Origin: Microcoleaceae cyanobacterium
Lineage (GTDB): Bacteria > Cyanobacteriota > Cyanobacteriia > Cyanobacteriales > Microcoleaceae
Direction: 5' to 3'
Assembly (NCBI GenBank): GCA_051652765.1
Contig: JBOFUV010000136.1
Coordinates: 1-32,207, forward strand
Length of the DNA stretch: 32,207 nucleotides
The notes under the pieces were generated by a model, which had not been told where the DNA came from, did not search any database, and saw only the letters and a program-made list of their open reading frames with translations. Below, piece by piece: positions 1 through 8,000 of this stretch. The first letter of the stretch is position 1; each line of letters begins with the position of its first letter. Both the position numbers and the translations under genes were made by a program.

Positions 1-77
1 TCACTCCGTTTCATGCCATTGAGTTCGATTGCTTCAATCACTTTGCACCGCAGGTCATAGCTGTAAGATTTCGGCAT
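1..77 (-). CDS. IS630-family transposase, N-terminal fragment (truncated by window edge)
   Basis: Manual translation MPKSYSYDLRCKVIEAIELNGMKRS; the YSxDLRxKV start is typical of IS630 transposase HTH domains. Confidence 0.8.
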   Translation of the reverse strand, partial: MPKSYSYDLRCKVIEAIELNGMKRS

Positions 78-137
78 GGAGATACTCTGATTAGGGTAGA
101 CCCTTTTATTATGTCCTAATCTATCTGGCGACTGCTA
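1..137 (-). mobile_element. Left end of IS630-family insertion sequence (continues off the window)
   Basis: Minus strand reads TA|TAGCAGTCGCCAGATAGATTAGGACAT (terminus at 137, TA target dinucleotide at 138-139), followed by a transposase start at 77. Confidence 0.8.
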
Positions 138-139
138 TA

Positions 140-367
140 CTTATGGACTGTGGTCACTTCAAGCTTGGGGATTAAACCTTACATTTTGGCTTGGCATCAT
201 TGCAATTCTATATTGCAATTCTATTAGGGATAATTTTAATATTTCCAATATTTCCAGGACAGGAAATGACTGTTGGTGATACAACTCTTCGACTCGTCAG
301 AATTGCTCTGGACATCCTGATAGCTTATTACTTATCACAGCCAAGCGTTAAAAGATTGTTTCAGTGA
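140..367 (+). pseudogene. 3' remnant of a small membrane protein gene, cut by IS630 and frameshifted by a 13-bp duplication
   Basis: Frame from 142 reads YGLWSLQAWGLNLTFWLGIIAIL. After the duplicated ATTGCAATTCTAT (199-211/212-224) it continues in the +1 frame as LGIILIFPIFPGQEMTVGDTTLRLVRIALDILIAYYLSQPSVKRLFQ* (TGA 365-367). Confidence 0.65.
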
Positions 368-401
368 GGTTTAGAAATCTTATCTTCGGCTTAACTCTTC
401 T

Positions 402-743
402 TTACGGACTGTTGCTAATTTCCACGATCATTTCACCTTGCCGCAGTCTTTCCAATGCATCAGGAAAAGTAATGGTTAAGAGTCGCCGCAAATTTCGGTT
501 GGTGACGCTACCACAAGTCAGCCAAAGAATTTGAGGAGGGCTTCCCAATCGGCAGACCAAATCAACAAAATCGCTATCTTTTGTCATTATGACAGCATTT
601 GCGACTCGCGCCTCCTCAAAGATTTCGACATCCTTGGCATCTCGTAATCCGAAATCCCGCAGCGCCATTGCATTTACTTCAAATGTAGAATTCAGCCAGC
701 TAGCTAACGTTGGAGGTAACTGAGCATCAATCCAAATGTTCAT
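402..743 (-). CDS. DUF5615 PIN-like toxin (VapC45-type)
   Basis: MNIWIDAQLP...AKDVEIF...IMTKDSDF acidic PIN-like motifs; 4-bp overlap with the upstream DUF433 gene. Confidence 0.85.
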   Translation of the reverse strand: MNIWIDAQLPPTLASWLNSTFEVNAMALRDFGLRDAKDVEIFEEARVANAVIMTKDSDFVDLVCRLGSPPQILWLTCGSVTNRNLRRLLTITFPDALERLRQGEMIVEISNSP

Positions 744-973
744 GCAGTTAATCGAGGAAAGTCAGTACGTCGTGCAGCAAATAGCAAGCAAGCTTGAATG
801 TCTTCAGACTCTAGATCAGGAAAATCTTCCAAAATCTCTTTGACACTGACGTTTTCAGCTAGCATTTCTAAAATATCACTCACTCGAATTCTCATTCCTC
901 GAATGCAAGGACGACCGCCACACTGCCCAGGCGTTTGCGTGATACGATTTAACAAGTTAGGTAATTGGTTCAT
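740..973 (-). CDS. DUF433 antitoxin (likely start ATG 973, 77 aa)
   Basis: RITQTPGQCGGRPCIRGMRIRVSDIL...EILEDFPDLESEDIQACLLFA is the DUF433 signature; paired with the PIN toxin. Confidence 0.9.
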   Translation of the reverse strand: MNQLPNLLNRITQTPGQCGGRPCIRGMRIRVSDILEMLAENVSVKEILEDFPDLESEDIQACLLFAARRTDFPRLTA

Positions 974-1066
974 TCTGGAATGTAGATAATGGCTTAGAAT
1001 TGCTATCTCTATAATACAAGCCATCGTGAGCAGTATAAACTTGACGAATTGGCAACTACTTAAAAG

Positions 1067-1153
1067 GGCTAGCAACCTGGCTGGAGCGGACTGTCGAGAG
1101 ATCTTGGCGATGTTGCAAAGGTTGTTTGCAGCCGCTCAGCAGGAACGTTATCT
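1067..1153 (+). other. Integron attC-like recombination site 1 (R'' degenerate)
   Basis: GGCTAGC-7nt-CTGGAGCGGAC...GCCGCTCAG-7nt-GTTATCT. The arms pair with extra bases on the left arm; R'' has AGC instead of AAC. Confidence 0.7.
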
Positions 1154-1357
1154 TGCCAGCGCACCATAGCTTCCCTATGGAGTTGAACCCGAAGGGCGAC
1201 TGACTGTTGAGAGAGGGTTTGCATTATCTGCGCTGGTCATTTTGCTGAGTTAAGAGGCAGTCAGCTCGCCCAAGTCAAGCTAACCAATCACTGCACACGA
1301 CCTGCAATAGTATTATTGGATTAATTCTGAAGCTATCAGCAGCGGGTAAGTTCAACG
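1147..1357 (+). other. ORF-less gene cassette (210 bp between the two R' GTT crossover points) with strong predicted structure
   Basis: The cassette start GTTATCTTG is complementary at 8/9 to CAAGCTAAC at its own R''; no ORF of 60 aa or more in the track; several internal stems. Confidence 0.55.
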
Positions 1358-1363
1358 TTATCT
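1278..1363 (+). other. Integron attC-like recombination site 2
   Basis: AGCTAAC-6nt-CTGCACACGACCTGC...GCAGCGGGTAAG-6nt-GTTATCT; symmetric spacers and intact AAC/GTT. Confidence 0.7.
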
Positions 1364-1494
1364 TGCCAGCGCACAGTCCTTGCACTCGTCCTTGAAGGTT
1401 TTCGGTGAGTGTGCAAGCACCCAGAAGGTGATCGCCCTCAACTATCATCTTCAGTGATCACCCCAGCAGTCTACCATCCAAGTTCCTACAGCAA

Positions 1495-3501
1495 TTATCG
1501 CAGCCACCAAATTAGGAGCGCGATCGCCAACCCTACCGCAAACCACAACCACGAGTTCTGCCACCATCTCTGTGCTTGGCGAGAAGAACGCGAAGCAGAA
1601 GTTTTTGCCCCGGTAGGCAAACTCTTGGCATACCAATCGTCATTGTTGTGTTTCTCAGTGCCAATACTCGGTGCCATGCGTCGTTGAGCCACAATGATTC
1701 GATTCCGTTCTGCAATGGCGGTTTTGCATTGTTCAACCCGGTGATCAAGCTTGAGCGCTTCGTAAATTGCCAAAGCCTGTTGAAAGCTCTGCAATGCCTC
1801 ATAATGCTGATCGAGCCGAGCCAGCGCATTGCCCATGTTGAATAACGAGTTCGCTTCACCGTCGCGATCGCCAATCTCGCGTTGAATCGCTAAGGACTGC
1901 TGATGGAACTCGATCGCCTTCTGGTATTGCCCTAAGAACTGGTAGGCATTCCCCAGACCGCCTAACGAATTAGCTTCACCTTGGCGTAGAGCAATGCTCG
2001 TGCCAAAGGCTTCGCCAATCTCGCGTCGAATCGCTAAGGACTGCTGATGGAACTCGATCGCCTTCTGGTATTGCCCTAAGGAACGGTATGCACTCCCCAG
2101 ATTGTTGCAAACAGCAGCGTAGGTTTGCTGTTGGTCTGGCGTGGGTTGCCAGTTGGTGTAGAGTTGGCTGAAAAGGTCAACCAGGGTCTGGGCATAGCCA
2201 CGTCGTCTTAAAAATTCCTCAAAGACAAATAAGGTGTCTGCGGCATTGATATAGCGCCCCAATTGGCACTGATGATAGAACGTTTCTTCATATTCAGCAA
2301 CAACCTCCCGGCTATCATCTGCGGCAACTTCAGTCCGACGATGGCTCCAGAAATAGTCGATCGCCCGTTCATGGGCTGTGGTCAGATCATTCGCCCTCTT
2401 TTGGACAAACTCTCGGATGCGGGGCTGAAGTTGAAACAGTCGTTGTCCCTCTTGATTCCGCTTTGGTAATTCTTGTAAGAGCGATCGCCGCTCTAAATCA
2501 TGCAAATCGGCATCGCTGATGGGTGGCTCTAGAACCAAAGCCGTTGCCAATTCGGCATCAAAAGCCCCACGCAAAATGCTCACCTGAGTTAAAAGATACT
2601 GCCGTGCGGATGTCAGGCGATCGACGCTCCACTGCAAAACCCTGTCCACACTGATGTTTGGCTCGCCCCGATGCTTTCCTTCCAGTTGAAATAAATCGGT
2701 GTGCTGGTTCAGGTGGCAAACCAGCCGTTGGGGTTGGCGATATTCATCCCGTAGCCAGCCTGCAATTAGGGATAGGGCGAGTGGGTTGCCCTGGACTTGT
2801 TCTGATACCGTGGCTCGATTTTCGATCGTGTCTGCCACCTCCAAGCTTTCCAGCAGTGCGGCTCCTTCAATTGGCTCTAAGCCCTGCTCCAACGTCAGCC
2901 AGCGAGATTGTCGCCAACCATGATACTTCTGAGGATATTCTCGCCCTGCCAACAGCAGCACGCTTTCGCTACCCAGGTTCTGAAAACGATCCAGGAACTC
3001 TTCGTAGCCTCCGCGCCAGTCCCCGGTTGCCGTCAGCACCGATTCCAGGTTGTCGATCGCCAGCAAATAGCGCCCCTGCTGCAATTGCCGTAACAGGCGG
3101 AGAATCAGATCCTTTTCTTCCAGCGATCGCACCTGCTCATGCAACACACCAAACTCTTGCAGCACTCGTTCTGCCAAAGTTGCGATAGACATGCCCGTTC
3201 GCACATCTGCCCAAAACTTACCTGCAAATCCCAAGCTCTCAGCAAACACTTTTGCCATCAACGTAGATTTGCCAATCCCACCCTCGCCCCGAATGCCAAT
3301 CATCAAGACGGCTGGATTGGCTAGCCAGGTGTTGAGTTTTGAGCGTTCATCACCCCGTCCTTGAAAAACCCGCAGGTCGGGCAAAGGGTCACTGTAGATC
3401 AGCGCTACTTTTTGAGCTTCATAAATGATGACGTTATTGGTCTGACCATAGACCGTCGCTAAATTCACCACCCCAACCTTGTTGGCGATCGGTTCTCTCA
3501 T
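1495..3501 (-). CDS. NLR-like STAND protein: N-terminal putative amyloid motif, NB-ARC, TPR repeats, C-terminal transmembrane helix
   Basis: Walker A GEGGIGKST, Walker B LLAIDNLE, GNPLAL (GLPL) motif, TPR repeats LGQYQKAIEFHQQSLAI, hydrophobic tail WLWFAVGLAIALLIWWLR. Confidence 0.9.
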   Translation of the reverse strand: MREPIANKVGVVNLATVYGQTNNVIIYEAQKVALIYSDPLPDLRVFQGRGDERSKLNTWLANPAVLMIGIRGEGGIGKSTLMAKVFAESLGFAGKFWADVRTGMSIATLAERVLQEFGVLHEQVRSLEEKDLILRLLRQLQQGRYLLAIDNLESVLTATGDWRGGYEEFLDRFQNLGSESVLLLAGREYPQKYHGWRQSRWLTLEQGLEPIEGAALLESLEVADTIENRATVSEQVQGNPLALSLIAGWLRDEYRQPQRLVCHLNQHTDLFQLEGKHRGEPNISVDRVLQWSVDRLTSARQYLLTQVSILRGAFDAELATALVLEPPISDADLHDLERRSLLQELPKRNQEGQRLFQLQPRIREFVQKRANDLTTAHERAIDYFWSHRRTEVAADDSREVVAEYEETFYHQCQLGRYINAADTLFVFEEFLRRRGYAQTLVDLFSQLYTNWQPTPDQQQTYAAVCNNLGSAYRSLGQYQKAIEFHQQSLAIRREIGEAFGTSIALRQGEANSLGGLGNAYQFLGQYQKAIEFHQQSLAIQREIGDRDGEANSLFNMGNALARLDQHYEALQSFQQALAIYEALKLDHRVEQCKTAIAERNRIIVAQRRMAPSIGTEKHNNDDWYAKSLPTGAKTSASRSSRQAQRWWQNSWLWFAVGLAIALLIWWLR
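1868..2101 (-). repeat. Two near-identical TPR-coding DNA repeats (1868-1957 and 2012-2101)
   Basis: 6 mismatches over 90 nt by manual alignment; offset 144 nt = 120-nt TPR unit + 24-nt insertion. Confidence 0.9.
1981..2018. repeat. Small dispersed repeat (SDR)-like 24-nt in-frame insertion at a HIP1 site
   Basis: Minus strand TTGGCG-AA-GCC TTT GGC-AC-GAGC ATT GCTC-TA-CGCCAA replaces TTGGCGATCGC seen in the sister repeat; adds 8 aa. Confidence 0.65.
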
Positions 3502-3510
3502 GGCTGAGGG

Positions 3511-3921
3511 CTAGAACGAGAAGGTATTCGTTTGATTGATAATTGTCCCCTGGTTCACCACGCCAATTTTTTCTGCCAGTTGGGTTAAATTAACGATAGC
3601 ACTGGGCTGCGCTTGAACGGCGGTTTGAACCTCCTGCACTGCCTGCCGAATTTCTGCATCTTCTTGGGCAATTGCCTCAACCTTGGCAACAAGAGCCGAT
3701 GTGCCGTAAATTTCTGGCTGCTGCTCTGCCAGTTCTGGTTGCTGCACTACGGTAGCAATGGCATCAGCCGTTTTGGGATCTTTACGCCGCAAAGCACCGA
3801 GGAACTTGGGTATCAAGCCTCCAACCGCTTCACCAATTTTCTCGCCCGTTTTCTCAAATGCTTTAGTCGCAATCATTGTCGCGATTGCTGTTGCCGTCAG
3901 GGTTGTTACAGGTTCCACCAT
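3511..3921 (-). CDS. Small helical putative cell-death effector (Bell/HeLo-like) with C-terminal putative amyloid motif
   Basis: Hydrophobic N-terminal helix MVEPVTTLTATAIATMIATKAFEKTGEKIGE, helical body, beta-prone N/Q/G tail matching the N-terminus of the NLR 9 bp downstream. Confidence 0.7.
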   Translation of the reverse strand: MVEPVTTLTATAIATMIATKAFEKTGEKIGEAVGGLIPKFLGALRRKDPKTADAIATVVQQPELAEQQPEIYGTSALVAKVEAIAQEDAEIRQAVQEVQTAVQAQPSAIVNLTQLAEKIGVVNQGTIINQTNTFSF

Positions 3922-4084
3922 CAGCCGCTCCAGAATTTTATTGCTTCAACCACCTAATTATGGCAGTTAGAATATGAGTCACGGCAACTTCATAGATTCT
4001 TTGAAGGATGCTCTCCTAGTTGTTCATCAGGAACACTGAAATCATCCCTAACCTGATCAAAACATTCAATACGGAGTCTGGATT

Positions 4085-4363
4085 ATGCAAATCACCATCG
4101 ATCTTCCTGAAGAGCTAATTCAGCACTTTAATCACGATCGCCTTGCCCGTGAGATCCTAGAAGCTCTGGTGATACAAGCCTACCAAACTGAGAAAATTAC
4201 CCATGCTGAAGTGGGTCGTATTCTGGAGCTACCTTCTCGTTGGGCAGTGGATGCCTTTTTGAAACAGCACAATGCTGATTTGCATTACGATGAGGTTGAT
4301 TTGGAGCGCGATCGCACCACCCTTCACCAACTACGAGCAAAGCCCACCCGTAGCCTTTTATGA
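4085..4363 (+). CDS. UPF0175 family antitoxin
   Basis: MQITIDLPEEL...EALVIQAYQTEKIT...VGRILEL...FLKQH...YDEVDLERD pattern; ATGA overlap with the PIN gene. Confidence 0.85.
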   Translation: MQITIDLPEELIQHFNHDRLAREILEALVIQAYQTEKITHAEVGRILELPSRWAVDAFLKQHNADLHYDEVDLERDRTTLHQLRAKPTRSLL

Positions 4364-4833
4364 TCGTCGTTGCTGATACCTCACCGATCAACTATCTACT
4401 GCTCATTAACCAGATTGATCTACTACCTCGTCTATTCCAGGAAATCATTATCCCTGACGTGGTTCGGGATGAAATGCTTGATCCAGATGCACCACCAGTT
4501 CTTCAGCGATGGATTACTAATCCACCCTCCTGGCTCACTGTTCAAACCGTTCCCGTAATCGATACAACCCTCAACACCCTTGATCCTGGAGAACAGGCAG
4601 CGATTACCCTGGCTCAAACCCTACCAGCAGATCTGCTGATTATCGATGAACGCTTGGGACGAAGGATTGCAAGCGATCGTGGTATTGCCATCATCGGCAC
4701 CCTGGGAATTTTAGATGATGCCTCAACTCAAGGTTTGATCAACCTTGCTGAAGCGATCGCACAATTGCAACAAACGAATTTTCGGGTTTCCCGTCGTATT
4801 ATTCAGGCATTGCTAAACAAACCAGAGAACTAA
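4360..4833 (+). CDS. DUF3368 PIN-domain toxin
   Basis: MIVVADTSPINYL, LDPGEQAAI, LLIIDERLGRRIA, IGTLGIL motifs. Confidence 0.9.
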   Translation: MIVVADTSPINYLLLINQIDLLPRLFQEIIIPDVVRDEMLDPDAPPVLQRWITNPPSWLTVQTVPVIDTTLNTLDPGEQAAITLAQTLPADLLIIDERLGRRIASDRGIAIIGTLGILDDASTQGLINLAEAIAQLQQTNFRVSRRIIQALLNKPEN

Positions 4834-4869
4834 AAGCGGCGCTGGATCAGAATTGCAAGTAGATCTTGC
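4828..4869 (+). other. Possible degenerate left half of a third attC site
   Basis: AACTAAA (overlapping the toxin stop)-7nt-CTGGATCAGAATTGCAAGTAGATCTTG resembles attC1 CTGGAGCGGACTGTCGAGAGATCTTG; no clear right arm. Confidence 0.35.
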
Positions 4870-4900
4870 CAAGCGATCGCAGACAAGACTTACGCACTCG

Positions 4901-4931
4901 CCTCCTGCCCCTAAGCTTAGGAGCAGGGGGG
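4901..4931. repeat. GC-rich palindromic intergenic element / possible terminator
   Basis: CCTCCTGCCCCTAAG CTTAGGAGCAGGGGG imperfect hairpin; related C/G-tract palindromes at 9599-9685. Confidence 0.5.
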
Positions 4932-5067
4932 CCAAAGAATGCTTAACTGCATAAGCTTTTTAACTTCAGAGATATATTCTGGTAGACGGTTTGTCGAGCC
5001 GGAATTGAATGCCAGTTCCGGTACTCGAGCCCTTTTCTCAATCTAGATACTTTAGGATGAATCACCC

Positions 5068-8000
5068 ATGGTCTTTCTACCAGATAATTCAATTTTCGGA
5101 GACTCAAATGCTAACCTTCTGGTTGGCACAACCGCTCAAGATGCCATTTTTGGTTTGCAGGGCGCGGACAGTATTGTTGGGGGAGAGGGAATTGATGGCC
5201 TTTACGGCAATGCTGATGCAGATATTCTCTATGGGGCTCAAGCCGATGACTTCGGTTTTGGTGGTCAGGGCAATGATCTAATGTTCGGCGGTCAGGGCAA
5301 TGATCAGATCTCCGGCGACAGCGATAACGATACACTCTATGGGGACAAAGGGGCCGACATTCTCACGGGAGGGACTGAAGCCGATGTTTTTGTGATAGCT
5401 CCCGGAACAGGAGGGTTCAGTATTCCAGAGAGTGACTTAATTATTGACTTTACGGTTGGCGAGGACTTGATTCAACTCGCAGAAGGGTTAATCTTTACTG
5501 ATTTAGATATTCTGGCAAATGCAGGCAACACCGTCATTCAGGACAACACAACGGGTGAAATTTTTGTAGTTCTGCAAGGGGTTGACAGCGCAACGATCAC
5601 TGTAGACAGTTTCCTGCCAGTTACTAATCCACCCGAACCAGAGCCGCCCACAATCCCAGACTTTGAGCCTCCAGTCATTCAAGCTGCACTGGCAAACGAT
5701 ACCGGAGTGAGCGGAACGGACTTTGTTACCTCTGACCCCACAATCATTGGTGGTTTCAATGATAACGTTGGCATTGCTCGACTGGAAGCCAGTCTGGATG
5801 GGGAAACTTTCACCACGGTTTTCCCGACCTTCAACAGTTCAGGTAACTTTGTTCTGGGTCGAGGCGATCTGGAATTCATTCGGGGTAGTCAGTTAACCGA
5901 TGGCAGCTACGCGCTGCAACTGCGGGCGGTGGATACTTCTGAACAGGTTTCTGAAGTAATCACTGTTTCCTTTACTCTGGCTACTGACGCTCCCCAAATT
6001 ACGGCAGGATTGGCCAATGATACTGGGGACAGCAACACCGATGGTGTGACGACTGATGCCACCATTAACGGCACGATTCTGAGCACAGTGGGAATCGTGG
6101 AGTTGCGGGCAGGCTTTGCTGGGACTTTAACTGATATCTCGGATGAACTAGGAACCAATGGTCAGTTCAGCCTCAGTCGTCAAGATTTGGAGATTCTCCA
6201 AGGGGCCGCTTTAGTTGATAACACGGCCTACATCCTCCAACTGGAAGCTATGGATCAAGCGGGGTTGGTATCCACTGCCACCGTCAGCTTTACCTTTGAT
6301 GCGGTTTCCGGAGAACCCCCTGAGCCTCCTATTGTAGTTCCGGGACTGCCTGATCCTGAGGTAATTGAAGATGCCCCAGTTGAGGTGATTGAGATTGATT
6401 TGCCTGACATGGGAGATGGAAAAGAACGGGAAGTTACCGCAGATCCGGGTAACACCCTGGAGACAGCCCTGGATATTGCGGTTAGTTCCAATACGTTGAT
6501 CTATTCAGAACAAGTGAGTGCAACTGATCCAGAGGATCTGTATGTGTTCTCGGTGGGAGCTAGTAGCAACCTGATGCTCTCCCTAGGCGGCCTGAACCAT
6601 GACGCGGATCTGTTTCTTCTTGATAGTAATGGTACTGAGATTCAACGTTCTGAACGTTTAGGAATTTCTGATGAGTTCATCACCCAGCCGTTAACAGCCG
6701 GAACCTACTTCATCCAGGTGAAAGCTCTTGAGCCGGAAGTCACAGACTACAACCTGAATGTGACAGCAATTCCCCGCGATCCTGACATCTCTACCGGAGG
6801 TTCAGAGGAAGAGTTCGAGTTATTTACCGATGAATCTACAGCTTTAGTGGGTTTGGTTCCGGCTCCAGCCGACCCCAGTGGCACTGCTTTCCGCACTGAT
6901 CCTCGGTTTGCCGGGATTGATGGCAGCGGTTTTGCCACAGTGATCATTGATACTGGCATTGACCTGGATCATCCTTTTTTCGGGCCAGATGCGGATGGCA
7001 ATGGCATTGCCGACCGAATTGTCTATCAATACGACTTTGCTGACAATGATGCCGATGCCAGTGATGTTGATGGCCATGGGTCTAACGTTTCCAGTATTGT
7101 CGCCTCTGAAGATCCTGTCTTTACAGGAATGGCTCCCAGCGCCGATATTATCCACCTGAAGGTGTTCTCGGATGATCCTAGTGCAGGAGCGAGTTTTGGT
7201 GATATCGAAGAAGCCTTGCAATGGGTTGTTGAGAATGCTGAGACCTATAATATTGCCAGCGTTAACATGTCCCTGGGTGGAGGAAATCTCACGGAAGCAG
7301 TTTCTCCAGAAGTATTTGGGATTGGGGATGAACTAGCTGCCCTAACAGACAATAATGTCATCGTTGTCTCTGCCGCTGGGAACAGCTTCTTTGAGTTTGG
7401 CCCTGGGGTAAGTTACCCTGCTGCTGACCCGAACTCCCTGGCCGTTGGTGCCGTTTGGGATGGAGACAATGGTTCGTTTATTGCATGGGCTGATGGCGCA
7501 ATAGACTTCAGCACAGGGGAAGATCAGATTACCTCCTTCTCCCAACGTCATCCTGAATTGCTGGACATCTTTGCTCCGGGTGCATTCATTACGGGTGCAA
7601 ATCAAAACGGCGAAACTGTTGACCAGGGAGGAACCAGCCAAGCCTCTCCCCATATCGCCGGAATTGCAGTTCTGGCTCAGGAACTAGCAGTTCAGGAGTT
7701 GGGTCGCCGTCTCACTTTCGATGAATTCAATAGCTTGATTCAGGAATCGGGTGACACAATCTTCGATGGAGACGATGAAGATGACAACATAATTAATACT
7801 CAGACTGAGTATGAGCGCGTGAACGTTCTGGCCTTGGGAGAAGCGATTCTTGCTTTAAAAGGTACGCCTCCAGAAGAACCCCCAACTGAACCTTCTCTAG
7901 TTCGGTATGACTTTGCTTACCTCTACGACGGATTGAGTGTAAGCAGTGACTACTACTTTGGTTATACCTATGCTGAACCTGGTAGCTTTGACATTGGCAC

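Noticed and set aside
974..1075. N-terminal extension of the DUF433 ORF (111-aa call)
   Set aside because: Family similarity begins after Met at 973; the extension runs through the likely promoter and into attC1
1147..1164. GTGCG on the minus strand as a group II intron 5' end
   Set aside because: It would read straight into the attC; no domain V/VI or RT ORF is visible
1144..1374. Direct repeat AACGTTATCTTGCCAGCGCAC as a CRISPR mini-array
   Set aside because: Only two copies, 210 bp apart, with no cas genes; attC/cassette junctions explain it better
2428..2445. LQP in place of the MHD motif as a sign of an autoactive or dead NLR
   Set aside because: As far as I recall, LQP/LHP variants are common in cyanobacterial NB-ARC proteins, so it is not diagnostic
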